Assembly (NCBI GenBank): GCA_950097015.1
Contig: CATNEN010000011.1
Location: 1,612,001-1,676,000 of the forward strand
Source of the DNA: Macrostomum hystrix
Lineage: Eukaryota > Animalia > Platyhelminthes
DNA length: 64,000 nt
Direction: 5' to 3'
The notes beneath the pieces were generated by a model, which worked only from the letters and a program-made list of their open reading frames with translations, was not told the origin of the DNA and did not search any database. The translations under genes and the position numbers were made by a program. Position 1 is the stretch's first letter. Every line of letters begins with the position of its first letter. Positions 34,501 to 48,100 of the stretch are shown in pieces.

Positions 34501-35249
34501 TACCTGCTGACCTGCCTGCCCGCCTTCCTGTGCTTCGACATGCCGTGCAATGCGCTGGCGCCGGAGGACTCGCTGATCGATTCGCTGAAAGGTCGCAGAA
34601 TCGACGGCGTCACGTTGGACTTTAGTATTCGAGGGGGCGGCAGCGGTGGTGCCGGCACCAGGGCGGTCACGCTGCGCACCCACGAGGGCAATGTCCGTGC
34701 ACTGTACACCCTGATGAACAGGATCTTCGCGACTCCCATTCCTGATGTTCTGCCAGCCCTGGCTGTGTCGCCTCCGTTGACTCAGGCGTTGCTGATGACG
34801 CCGATTCTGCTAGCCAATTCGCAAGCGGCCTATGCTCAGGCTGCGTCAGCTCTTCTGCTGGCTCAGTCGCCGAACTTTGTGACGCATCCGCTGCTTCGGC
34901 CAGATTTGGATTTGCCGTCATCACCGCCGGCTCCGAGCCCGCAGAGTCCTTCAGTCCTTCCGTTGGTTCAGCAGCAGCAGCCGCCGCTGACGCCGCCGCA
35001 GCAGCAGCAACAGAGGCCGCTGAGCCACGACAGTCGAGCTCCGGGTTTCGAATATTCCGCGCTAAAAAAGCTGGCAGCCCAGCGCATAATTTCGCAGGGT
35101 CCAAGCGGTGATCGAGTGCCAAACAGCCACTGGTCCGGCCTGTACTTCAGCCGCTCTTGGGCGCCGAGCCTGACTGTAGGATCCGCGAACTCGGCTGATC
35201 CTAAGACTGCCGGTTCAGCGACGCCTGCAGCTATTCAAGCTCAACAGCA

Positions 35250-35293
<44 letters not shown>

Positions 35294-35610
35294 CGCCTTC
35301 ACCATTCGCTCAGAGCTGCTACTATCAGAAGCTCAGCAGCGCCGACATTCCGGACGGTCGCAACGACTGCGCAGCCGACGCTCTTGAATTCCAAGAAGAA
35401 GACGACGAGGGTGTCGAAGCTTTACTTCGCCTGCTAGCCCAGCACAATCTGGTTGACTGCGCCGAAGCCATGATCAGCCAGGAGATTGATCTGTGCGCCT
35501 TCCGGAAACTGTCCGACGAAGATCTTCGCAGTCTGGGATTCAACTATGCGACTAGGCAGAAGGTTCAGCAGTTGATTCACTCCATCGCCGCAAGTCCGCT
35601 GACCCCATGA
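31526..35610 (+). CDS. BicC: Bicaudal-C homologue (KH domains + C-terminal SAM), 741 aa; exons 31526-31822, 33120-33587, 34150-35610
   Basis: EERFRVDRRKLESLL and NIAWPSKLKIGAKSKRDPQ|IKISG are BicC hallmarks. Second KH domain TLRIDVPHNEHGQLIGRHG...TGTDIHFPDSN. SAM domain LAQHNL...ISQEIDLCAFRKLSDEDLRSLGF. Both junctions are phase-0 GT-AG. Confidence 0.92.
31997..32145 (+). mobile_element. SINE family A copy lacking the central domain, in BicC intron 1
   Basis: AAGGTCGGGGGTTCGATTCCCGAC..CACTGGAACAATTTG joined directly to CCAGTCCATGGACTGAA...GCAGCCTTCAGATGCGCCGCGCAATAGCTGC. Confidence 0.75.
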
Positions 35611-35793
35611 ATTGAATTGCCACCGCTTGGATGCAAGCTCGCTGCAAATACTGTAAATTGACCACCTCTTAATTAGTCAGTCATCGATGTGGAATAGTTA
35701 GGAATCAATATTTGTCGATTTATCGATCTTCTACGATCCAAGTGTTTCACATGCACACTTAAATGTTTGCTCAAACTATACCTGTAGCCAATT

Positions 35794-35975
35794 AGGAGGG
35801 TGAGTGGCAGAGGAGTCTAACGCGTTCGCCTCTCGCACCAAAGTCCAGGAGCTCGATTCCGCGGCAAGGCCACAGTCATATGGGGCGCAGCCGCGGAGAG
35901 AAGGCTTGGGGGCTTGTCGTGCAATTTACGACCTTTTAGGGCAAACCTCAAGGCACAGTGAGAATATACACTGCC
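35794..35975 (+). mobile_element. tRNA-derived SINE family B copy
   Basis: A-box TGGCAGAGG and B-box GCTCGATTCC. About 180 bp is homologous to the reverse complement of 54640-54818; a partial copy lies at ~32165-32240. Confidence 0.7.
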
Positions 35976-37984
35976 TTACGATGAGAAAGTCAGGGCAGAT
36001 GTTCACACTTGTGTGAGCGTGTGCCTGCGTACAGTATCTGTGGGCGTGTGTGCTCAATGGGCAGAAATTGGCAGAATTGCTGGCTGCAGGTCTAGTGTCA
36101 CCAAATTGTCAGCTTTAGATTTTGTGCTCAAACTTTGCTTGGATCCAATTAATTTGAATTTAATTCAAAAAGCTGCCCGTGTTTTATTGAGACAGCAACC
36201 TTTGCTGAGATAGAGAGCCATTTTCTATTTCACCTATTTTTGTACTTTGCTTATTAATCTTCGCTTGCAAACTTCGCCCTCAGACATAAGCAAGAATGAC
36301 TTATAAAGTCTCTTCTATATCGCTTTATTGTTTTATCAATCCATAGAGTTGTCTATTCTTTATTCGCTTCACAGTTTAAAATTAATTAGTAAGACATTTA
36401 ATTATGCTAGAGAAGAATAATGGTTTAAATAAGTTCACAATGATTGAGAAATAGAGAATTTTATCAAATTTTATAAAGTTAAAGTTATTATTTACCGCTC
36501 AAATTGTTTATTTATAGCATGTTTTAACGCTAAACAAAATTGTAGTTTTTAATAAATAAATATTTTTTTAACTATTCGAATTGGAGCTATATAAAAAGTT
36601 TAGTATAATGCAAGTTTTAGATTAATTGTTGCAACAATTTTTTTAACATAATCAGTGCTATTTCAAACATCGGATCAAATAATGGAAAATGTGAAATATG
36701 GCCTGCTAATTTTATGAGTCATATTTGAGGGTAGACTATAACAAATATAGAAAGATTATTAATTTACCACAGTTTTATTTTACGCCGTTTTTCGCGCCCG
36801 GCCAACCGCTTGGCTTGAAATCGCCAGGTGCGCAGAAAAAAATAGGAAAATAGAAAGAAATATTAAATCTTCCGTAATTATTCTTATATTTATTTCTTTG
36901 AACTAGCCGATCTCGATTTCTCAGATTTCAATAATGATTTAAAGTAACGTAAAGCAGGCATACATAGTGCGTAGTTTCATGCTAGAGTTTTATAATAGTT
37001 TTCTAAAATCGCTCGACCTTTTCTTCTCAAAAACTCGTTGCTCCTAATGAAACAGTGAAATATGATTGCGACTCGCGCTACGGACCACATTAAACTGAAA
37101 TGAATTCTCAGTAAGATAAACAACTCTTGCTGGGTCATCCGTGTTTCACTAACATAGAACAATCAATATTTTAGTGGATTAGATTAGTAGCAGATTTTTT
37201 TCTTTGTTTTATATACGGAAAGAAAAAAACTTTTAATTGGCTGTTTTTCGTCTCTTTTATCAGGAATGGAACAATGGCTTGTTGACTTTAGTTGTGTGTG
37301 GGCGATTGTAAAACAATTAATTTTATTTCTTACAACGCAGTTACGCGTATGAATTGTATACCTGTAAAATATCAATTTATTGATGATTAATATAGAGTTC
37401 TGAGGGCCCTATTGTTTCTGTCAACTGTAACGCCGCTTTGTCCGTACAAAATATAATTTCGAACTACTCATATTCAGTAGTACAAAAATATTTTCTTGGA
37501 TTTAGTGTATTGATTTTAACGGACGGAGAAATAAAATAAATCAAAAGCGACACCCGTTTTTTTCCTTTTTTGGCAGTCAGAAAGAATTAATATTTTTAAT
37601 TATTGCAGTGAAAATACTCATAACTATGGGGAAAATTTACAGTAAAAGGAAACACTTTATTTTTAGCTCATAATTTACAAAAAGCGAAAGGCCCTGCTGA
37701 TGCTTACATCATCATTCTTTCTGGTCGCCATATTATTATATTTTATAGCAAAGAAAAGTGGATGAGTATTCGTTTCATTAGACGCGGAAGTATAGAAAAG
37801 CGCATGCATTCACAATAATGCATTTTATTAATGAGTTAATGGTCGCACTGTTACAAATAAGGTAAAGGCCATCTGTGGCAGTGAAGACTATCGTTTGATT
37901 ATCAGCCCAATCGAGAGAATTGTGTAGTACCGGAAAAAATCACACTAGGGAAGGGTGGTTATGTTATAGTTTTGGCTTTAAAGA

Positions 37985-38200
37985 TTATCACATGATGTTT
38001 ACAATTCGCGCCGGCCAGTGTGCTATTTTTAGCTCACAAGATTATCACGTGATGTTTACTATGCGCGCCGACCAGTGTGCTATTTTTAGCTCACAAGATT
38101 ATCACGTGATGTTTACTATGCGCGCCGGCCAGTGTGCTATTTTTAGCTCACAAGATTATCACGTGATGATTTCTATGCGCGCCGGCCAGTGTGCTATTTT
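37985..38200. repeat. 57-bp tandem repeat, ~4 copies
   Basis: GATGTTTACTATGCGCGCCGGCCAGTGTGCTATTTTTAGCTCACAAGATTATCACGT units. Confidence 0.9.
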
Positions 38201-38803
38201 TGGGTTCGACGGTGTACCCTCTCAAAGTAGTTGCAGCAAACGTAATTTTTTAATGTAAAAAAAGAAGCAGCGTCAATTAGGATGTGTACAAAGCAAAGCG
38301 TCTTTAGGGATGAGATGAGCCTGTCACTCATATTTGACAGGAAAATATGCGTTATTAAATCATTTTTCAAGTTTAACAAAACCAAGAAACAAGCAAGAAT
38401 AACAAATGGGGATAAAACGAAAGAAAAAAATAATGAATCCCTCCAGACTGTAGACAGACTTCGGAAGGCGCGAAGGACAATTCTATACCAGATTCTCTTC
38501 TGAGCAGGTAAAAGGACAAAGGAGACAGCACTGCCGTACAATTTACCAGTTGTAGCGACATTTTTTTATTTAAGCAATTTTTTTCGAACGAAAAAACGCT
38601 TGCGCGCAAAGCAAGTTATTCCATTATTAATTAGTTTATAATTTACATATAAAATAAGCTGTGCACAAAGGTTAAATGACAGGCTTTCCATCTGAAGTGA
38701 GCTATACGGAAGATTAATGATAAAAAAACACACAAAAGCTGCCATCTCTAGTCAATCGAGTAGACGAAATGTTTAAGTTTGACGCGTCGGCAGGCGGAAG
38801 GCG

Positions 38804-41800
38804 TCAATTATTCTCACCGTCGATTGTTTTCGCGTCGAAGCAGCTGACAAACATCAGGTGCGACTTGCAGGCGTGCACTCGTTTGCGCAGTATTGAAGTC
38901 TCCTTGCGGAGTGCTTCGAGAAATCCGGGCGATTCCGCGTCCATGCTCTCCGCCACGTGCACTGCGGGAATTTTAAAATTTAGCTTGGTATCAGTGAAAT
39001 GATGATTACACCTGCCCAATTGGCCCAGATGTGCAGCCGACAGCACAGCAAACACTGGTATACATTTTATAGCTTGTCGAACGAAATAAATGCGAACTAA
39101 GTGTCCTGCTCACATAGAATACAAAAGACACAGTCAGAAGAGTCGAGAATCGAACCCCCGACCTTCAAGTCGTGAGTCCGACGCTCTAACCACTAGGCTA
39201 CAACCCCCTGGCCTGCAACAACCCACAACCCAAGACAGAAACACCTGGATCAAGGATGCTACGGGTCACAGAAACACCTGGATCAAGGATGCTACGGGTC
39301 ACAGAAACACCTGGATCCAGGAAGCTACAGGTCACAGAAACACCTGGATCCAGGAAGCTACGGGTCACAGAAACACCTGGATCCAGGAAGCTACAGGTCA
39401 CAGAAACACCTGGATCCAGGAAGCTACGGGTCACAGAAACACCTGGATCAAGGATGCTACGGGTCACTGAAACACCTGGATCGAGGAAGCTACGGGTCAC
39501 AGAAACACCTGGATCTAGGAAGCTACGGGTCACAGAAACACCTGGATCGAGGAAGCTACAGGTCACAGAAACACCTGGATCGAGGAAGCTACGGGTCACA
39601 GAAACACCTGGATCGAGGAAGCTACAGGTCACAGAAACACCTGGATCGAGGAAGCTACAGGTCACAGAAACACCTGGATCAAGGATGCTACGGGTCACAG
39701 AAACACCTGGATCAAGGATGCTACGGGTCACAGAAACACCTGGATCCAGGAAGCTACGGGTCACAGAAACACCTGGATCTAGGATGCTACGGGTCACAGA
39801 AACACCTGGATCAAGGATGCTACGGGTCACAGAAACACCTGGATCCAGGAAGCTACAGGTCACAGAAACACCTGGATCCAGGAAGCTACGGGTCACAGAA
39901 ACACCTGGATCAAGGATGCTACGGGTCACAGAAACACCTGGATCCAGGAAGCTACAGGTCACAGAAACACCTGGATCCAGGAAGCTACGGGTCACAGAAA
40001 CACCTGGATCCAGGAAGCTACAGGTCACAGAAACACCTGGATCCAGGAAGCTACGGGTCACAGAAACACCTGGATCAAGGATGCTACGGGTCACTGAAAC
40101 ACCTGGATCGAGGAAGCTACGGGTCACAGAAACACCTGGATCTAGGAAGCTACGGGTCACAGAAACACCTGGATCCAGGAAGCTACAGGTCACAGAAACA
40201 CCTGGATCGAGGAAGCTACGGGTCACAGAAACACCTGGATCGAGGAAGCTACAGGTCACAGAAACACCTGGATCGAGGAAGCTACAGGTCACAGAAACAC
40301 CTGGATCAAGGATGCTACGGGTCACAGAAACACCTGGATCAAGGATGCTACGGGTCACAGAAACACCTGGATCCAGGAAGCTACGGGTCACAGAAACACC
40401 TGGATCTAGGATGCTACGGGTCACAGAAACACCTGGATCAAGGATGCTACGGGTCACTGAAACACCTGGATCAAGGAAGCTACGGCGTCACTGAAGCACC
40501 TGGATCGAGGAAGCTACGGGTCACAGAAACACCTGGATCGAGGAAGCTATGGGTCAGCAAATAATCAAAACTCACAATCGAAATTCCAACTCGCAGGGTC
40601 GGCCATCAGCAGTCCCTTGGCCTGCAGCATCTCCTTCTTTAACTGTTCCTGCTGACAGAGCAGCTCGTTAACCTTCTCGCATCTGATCTGCCATTCCATC
40701 TCTTCGCGCTCCTCGTCTAGAAGGCGTCGCTGCGTAGCGGCGTCCACTTTTGTCGAGTCACTGTCAGCGGCATCTTCGCCTTCTTCTTCGGCTGGTGGCG
40801 CGGAACGAGAACGGGAACGACTGCCGCCGCTCTTTCGGTGCTGATGATGAGTCGCTGCGAAATGAAGAGAAAATAAATATTAGATTTACAGAATCTCTCG
40901 CTAGTTTCTTTGGGTTAAAGCTTAGTCGGCAACTTACGCTTTCTCCTGGCTCCGGATCGGGCGACGCCAGCGAAAATTTGAGCCTTCGTCCCGGCAGCAG
41001 TCGGTCCGGACCTCTCGCTGGCCGTGTCGTGACAGCTGGAGGCCTCACTATCGCGCAGCATCGACTCGTAGCCAGACGAGGCGCCTCCGGTGACGCCGCC
41101 CCAGCGACGCCGTCCTGCCGCTCCGCAGTAGGCGCCCAACGGGTTGTAGGAGCAGTCGGAGCCGTGACCGGAGCTGCTGTGAACTGAAGCACGCGGCTGC
41201 GTCACAGTGTGGTATGGTGACGGAATCACCACGACAGGCGGAGAGGTGGCTGAGGCCGCTGCTGCTGCTGTTGCCCCGGCTGACGACCGATGACTGTCTC
41301 CATGACGCTTTCGCACAGACGTGCTTGATGTTAAGGCGGGAGAAGCGGTGGCCGTGGAAGCTCCTCGCGTCGTTGCCTGAAGTGTCGGCTGTGGCGGTGG
41401 CGACAGCTGCTGCTGTTGCGCGCTAGCAGACTTTGACGATCGCTTGCCAAACAAAGGACTGTTTAGGAAGCTGGCAAGCTTACTTGCCGCCTTCCGACCT
41501 GGTGTTGCACCTGACGCTTCTTTCGTCGTTAAAGTCGACGATGAACGCCCGCAAGATGTCGCATCCGCAACGATTGCCGATGCACCGAAATTGGTCTCTG
41601 TTGTCGAGGACAAAGAGCTGCTCGTTCGTCGATGACTCGGCGTTGGTGTCGAAGCAATCGAAGCTGCTGATGCTAAATGTTGGTGGTGGTAAAGTTGCTG
41701 CTGCGGTTGCAGGTGCTGAGCGTTTTGATGATGCCCGACCGAGCTGGACGCCAGCGAACATGAGGATAGCGGAGGCGACGCAACTGAAGATGTCGGATCT

Positions 41801-42092
41801 TGCGTCGTCACTGCTGGTGAAACAGCCGCCGCTGCCGCAGCCACCGCTCGGCAAAGATCATCTGGTTCAACGCCTTGCAGCCACTGGGCGACGCGAGCCA
41901 GCGATGGTGGCGGTACGGCAGGCTGTTGCTGCAAAGCGCGTTTGCTGGAGCGCAACCGATGGCGTGTTGCACTTGGTGATTGCTGCTGATGCTGCTGCTG
42001 CAGGACAGAGTGATGCGTCGGCGTAGTCTGTAGCGACGCGGGTCGATCGTTCAACAATAGGGTGTGCACTGGTGAACTGCAGGCACTCTGGC

Positions 42093-42132
<40 letters not shown>

Positions 42133-45100
42133 ATGATGAGGTGGCTGCTTCTGTCTACACTTCTTTCTGGATTTAGACTCTGCTTTGCCGCATTCCTCCT
42201 CGCATGCTGAGCAGTCGCCACAGGACTCGGAGCCGGACAGGCCAGAGTGCTTCTCAACCCAGTCGCGTACGAAAGGCTTCACTCGGCTGCCTGTCGAGGC
42301 TCCAGACGTGGCTGTCGGTGCTACTGGCACATCCGACGAGCTGCGAAGCCTTGGCAGCGACTGCAGGCCTAGCCTGTGATGGTGCGGCGGCAGCAGAGGT
42401 GAAGGCTGCTCCTGCTGATGCCGCTTAGCTGTCCTCTCGCCAGTGGACGAAGACGATGCCACCGCAGTCGGTGGAGGCGCCAGAGACGGGATCTCGATTC
42501 GCTCCAGGACGTCATTGTTCGATGACTCCTCTTCATCAGGATCAACCGCTGGGACAGATACCGGCGCCTGAAGTTGCTCTGTGGCGACAACGGAGCTTTC
42601 TTCGTCCTCCTCGCCATCCTGGCCGCTCTTGCCCGAAGTCTCTTCGGTCCTCTCGCTGATGTCGCTGAGCACGCGCTGATTGCCCCGCTCCAAGGTGCTG
42701 TAGGTGCTGGCCGAGCTCTCCGACTCGTACGGCTCCTCAGATTGCGTCTCGGCGTCTTTGCGCTGCGGCTGCACAGGAGGCGGCGGCGGCGGCGGAGCCG
42801 CAGGAAAGCACTGAGGCGCCTCAGTCTTGGGATGCCGTTCCTCAGTTGAAGGCGGCGACGCATTCGGCCCGTCAATCCAGCGCTCGTTGCACGCAACTGG
42901 CGGCGCCGCCTCCATTGCCGACTTGCTGATCGATGCTGACGGCGGAAGCGTTGCCACCGGCTGCGGAGACGGAATCGGTGTCTGCATCGCCTTTGGGCCG
43001 TCAATCCACTGCTCACGTTGCATAGACAGAGCTTCCACGGCCGTTATCTTGCCAACCAATCGACCTCCGAGGCTAGGCCTCGCCCTGGCGTTGGTGCGGG
43101 GAACACGCCTGCCACCGCTGCCACCCGTCTCGGTTCCCGTGTCGGAATCGTCGCCAGATGAAAGATGCGCCAGTCGCTTAGCAACCGCCGCAGCCGCCGA
43201 GCCTGGTGGATGCTCATTGTCAGTTAGATGACCGCCGGCGAATATCACGGTGTCGCAGCTCTGCTCGCTGCTCGAACTGTAGTCAATTTCGCCCAGCGAA
43301 TTCACAGCGTTCAGACGGTGAGCAGCTGAGGCCACCACAAGGCCCATCTGCGGCGGCCGCATCCGGCCGGCTCGCCTCACGCCGAAGCTGTCGCAGCTGG
43401 AGCTATCCGAACTGTTGCTGGCCAACTTTCCGCGCCTTCTGCGAAGTCTTTGAATTTTATTAGCCAGCTGGAGAATCTGAAGAGACTCCGTGCTGTGCTG
43501 CACGCCAGACGAGACCTGACAGATCATGCAGGCGCGACAGGTGAGAGAGCCAAGTGCCTCTCTGAGCAACTGGCTGAGTTTGGAGTCTCTGTGGGGTATG
43601 TGCCTCTGACCGTTCACGAGTGACATCAGGACGCTTCCGAGAGCGGCCAGACTCAGCGCAGGGTGGCCGGCGTCGCGGGACGTCCTACCGGAGCCGAGAT
43701 CGATCAGGTGCAAGCGCGACCGACCGCCAGCGACGCCCCTGCCGTGCCCGCTGCGCTCAACTCGATACTGGTACAGGTGCAGCGTGAACAACAGGTGCGA
43801 CATGCCGTCCTGCTGCTGCTGAGCAGTCTGCGATCTGGCGCACAATGCCGCGTCCAAATAGTGCGCCGCCTTCTCCGCTGTGGGCGCCCTCAGCTCCGAC
43901 TGATTCTCCAGTTGCGCACCCGAGATCGGGTCCTCGCGAAGGTAGACAGCAGCGGCTGCGCCAGCGTTGCCTCCGCCAGCCTCGGCGGCTAGAAGGTCGC
44001 GGAGATTCTCGTCGCGACCCTGGACCTCGACGGCGCTGACGCGGACTGAATAGCGAGCTGTGCTGCGATGCAGCCGCTGCTGCTCCTGGATCAGGTGGAA
44101 CAGCCAGGCGATGGCGCACGGAATGACGCCGAGAGTGCCCGGCGAGACGTCGCTGCCCAGCATTGTGTGCGTCTTACCTGCAGAGTGAAGCGTTTAAATT
44201 AAAATCAATGTCAAATGCGTGGCAGTCTACTTCCAGTAGGCTTTATGAAAACTGTTAATGCTTTGTATGAAAAAATGTTTCACAGCGTTGGTAACTGGGG
44301 AAGATTGTAGACCGAGCGGTCCGAAGTTTGAATCTCAGCCCAGGAGTTGATTAATTAACTACACCTCCCCCCCAGTCGGGCCAGATGTGCAGCCGACAGC
44401 ACAGCCGCAGCTATTGCGCGGCGCAACTGAAAGGCTGCGTACGACTGTTCAGTCCATGGACTGGGGGACGCCACAAACGACCCTCAATTACCCCAGCTGA
44501 TTAACAGCTGAGCTAACTAAAAGTGTTAATTGTGTCTTGATAAATAACACAAACTGTTCCAGTGGAGTCGGGATCGAACCTCCGACCTTCAAGTCGTGAA
44601 TGCGATGCTCTAAACACCTGGCTGCAACCCCCTCTGAATATATAAGCAATTTAGTCTAGTTTTCCTTCGTGTTCTACTCTACGAGCGTACATGGCAAATC
44701 CGCATAGTAAAAAAACGAGGGAAAATATTTTATTTTATAAGGCAACGCTCTACCGCAGTCTGCATTGTCTGAGGCTGCGGCAGTCAATAGCTTGGCGAAG
44801 ATGAAGCTTGTCCGCGCTTGTGTCGATAGGCCGGGTTTGAAAACAAAAACTAAAGGAAGCGGCACTTCCCTCACGAGTCTAGTTGTTCCAACCCCGACCC
44901 CCCAGCAAAACAATTTTATGGTCCGTTTCTCCTGCTCCTTCTAGTGGAGGGCTTCTATAGCTACCTATGCGATTTCAGACAGGGTAGTGGCTGCTTGTGT
45001 CTGTGTTTTCCCGATATCCCGAAAGCGCTAAGATCCCTTTGATGAATACCACACGGATATTCTGGTAGAGTTTAGTAGTGGAGGGACGCGGTAGGGATAG

Positions 45101-48100
45101 ATTAAAAAAGAGGACCAAAAATGGCTTCGCTCCGCTCTGTGCTTCGTCTCTTGACGAAAAGAAAAGTTGGCTTCACCGCTTAAGTGTCCGCGAGCTTTCT
45201 TACCTTTCTGTCCACCATTTTACTGCTTGTTCTCGTGTAAGGCACTGAAGCGTGCATTTAATTGCCATAAGTGCGTAGAAAGAAGAGAAGTGAAGTATGA
45301 AAGCATGTGACAGAGGGCCGGGGAAAAGACGAAGAACATTGTACACGTTCCAGGCTGCCATCTCGTAGGAAATATGGCTCGGGATTATAATCTTAGTTTG
45401 TCTGTTTACCTGACTAACAACTGAGTCACAATGGACACCAACAAACGTACCAGTATCACAATGAGCACTAGTGGAACAAGCAGTATCACAATTGACTTTA
45501 ACCAACGTACCGGTGTCATATTGGACACCAAACAACGCACCAGTATCACAATGGACACCAACCAACACATCAGTATCACAATGGACACCAACCAACGCAC
45601 CAGTATCACAATGTACACCAACCAACACATCAGTATCACAATGGACACCAACCAACGCACCAGTATCACAATGGACACCAACCAACGTACCAGTATCACA
45701 ATGGACACCAACCAACGCACCAGTATCACAATGGACACCAACCAACACATCAGTATCACAATGGACACCAGTGGAACAAGCAGTATTAACAATACCTCCT
45801 TCGCTCACCTAGGTTTCCATAGCCGAAAACGAACACGCAGCCGTCAGTTCCGTTGACGACTCCTTGGATGATGTCGGGCAGAGCTGAGGCACACAGCTCC
45901 GGCTAAAATGAAACAGTAGTGTCACCGCTTCAATTTTGGATTAGCAAACAGTAAATTAAGCGACTGCGCCAATAAATTCACACGATAACATACAATGGAA
46001 AAGGAAACGCGACCGTTTTTATGGCCACAATGTGTATTTGTTGTAGCACGGCATATTAATCAAGATTTTCTATGCTTTTGCCGAGGTGTCTAATAATTTC
46101 TGTTTGAATTACAACTTCCGCTTGAGACCAAAGCATCGGTTTTGGGTAATAAATTTCGCTATAGAAAAGCTTCTATAACTAAGCAATTTGGTCTAGGATT
46201 CCAGACAATGGGCCCATAGTTCAGATTGGCACTGGCGACAAAATTAAACAAGTTTAGTTGCTATACGATAAGGAGCGATTTAAGATTAACTTGTTTTAAC
46301 TGCACTCTGAATAAATGTGTCTAGAGATTAGTATCTAGACTTGGGTTCATTTAACTAGAAATTGTTTTTTTGCTACAGAAATAGTTTTAACTCTGTTAGC
46401 ATCGACATGCCCTGATATTGTTAAATTATTGTTAAGCTAAATAATACAGCTAGAATCGAAAGCTCCAGAATGAAATATCATGAACGAAAGATCATGAAGG
46501 GTAGATCCTGAAGGAAAGACACTGAAGAAAATATCCTGAAGGAAAGACACTGAAAGGAAGATCCTGAAGTAAAGACACTGAAGGGTAGATCCTGAAGGAA
46601 AGACACTGAAGAAAATATCCTGAAGGAAACACACTGAAGGGTAGATCCTGAAGGAAAGACACTGAAGAAAATATCCTGAAGGAAAGACCCTGAAAGTAAG
46701 ATCCTGAAGGAAAGACACTGAAGGGTAGATCCTGAAGGAAAGACCCTGAAGGGTAGATCCTGAAGGAAAGACACTGAAGGGTAGATCCTGAAGGAAAGAC
46801 CCTGAAAGGTAGATCCTGAAGGAAAGACACTGAAGGGTAGATCCTGAAGGAAAGACCCTGAAAGGAAGATCCTGAAGGAAAGACACTGAAGAAAATATCC
46901 TGAAGGAAAGACCCTGAAGGGTAGATCCTGAAGGAAAGACCCTGAAGGGTAGATCCTGAAGGAAAGACCCTGAAGGGCAGATCCTGAAGGAAAGACACTG
47001 AAGGGCAGATCCTGAAGGAAAGACCCTGAAGGAAAGATTCTGAATGATAGATGGTGAAGAAAATATCCCAAAGGAAAAATCTTTAGGATTTAGGGATCCT
47101 CCAGAGAGATAGATCATGAAGAAAAGATCCTGAATGTAGGAACGGGATCTTTCTAATTTCAAATTTGAGTCGTCAAGTCGTGTACCAACAAACTCACCAA
47201 ACTATTTTCCTCGGTAAACACTGAGTCATAAATGAACATCTTTGGCACCTTGTGCGAACCCTGGCTTCGGTGATACTGAGGCGTCGTGTCGAAAACTGTC
47301 ACCTGCTTTCTTCGACTGTCCACGGACATGTTTGAAGGCGCTGACGGGTCTTTAGACACCACCTTGATGACCACTTTGACCTGGAATGTACAGCAAAAAA
47401 TAGTTATAGAATTTGTTAAGCATCTTAAAAAAAGGAAAAAAATTCCCTTGTAACAATTTGACATTCAGGCTTGTACTTTTGACTTCAGCAATCGAAAACT
47501 TCGATGACTAACTATTAATTAAAATAGATTAGATCCCAAATAGTCGCAGAGATCCCGAAAAATCCCAGAGATCCCGAATAACCCCAGAGAACCCAAATAA
47601 TCCCACAGATCCCAAATAATCCCACAGATCCCAAATAATCCCACAGATCCCAAATAATCCCACAGATCTCAAATAATCCCAGAGATCCCAAATATTCCCA
47701 CAGATCCCAAATAATCCCAGAGATCCCGAATAACCCCAGAGAACCCAAATAATCCCACAGATCCCAAATAATCCCACAGATCCCAAATAATCCCACAGAT
47801 CCCAAATAATCCCAGAGATCCCAAATATTCTTAGAGATCCCAAATAGTCCCAGGGATCCCAAATAATCCCAGAGATCCCAAATATTCTTAGAGATCACAA
47901 ATAATCCCAGAGATCCCAAATAATCCCAAAGATCCCAAATAATCCCAGAGATCCCAAATTATCCCAGAGATCCCAAATAATCCCAGAGATCCCAAATAAT
48001 CCCAGAGATCCCAAATAATCCCAGAGATCCCAAATAATCCCACAGATCCCAAATAATCCCAGAGATCCCAAATATTCTTAGAGATCCCAAATAGTCCCAG

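Noticed and set aside
39198-40494. Long ORFs of 419 and 412 aa
   Set aside because: These are translations of the 33-bp minisatellite, which lacks stops in those frames.
39232-40555. CRISPR-like array (33-bp partly palindromic repeat)
   Set aside because: Units are head-to-tail with no unique spacers, there are no cas genes, and the context is a eukaryotic intron. The same applies to the other 28-37-bp arrays.
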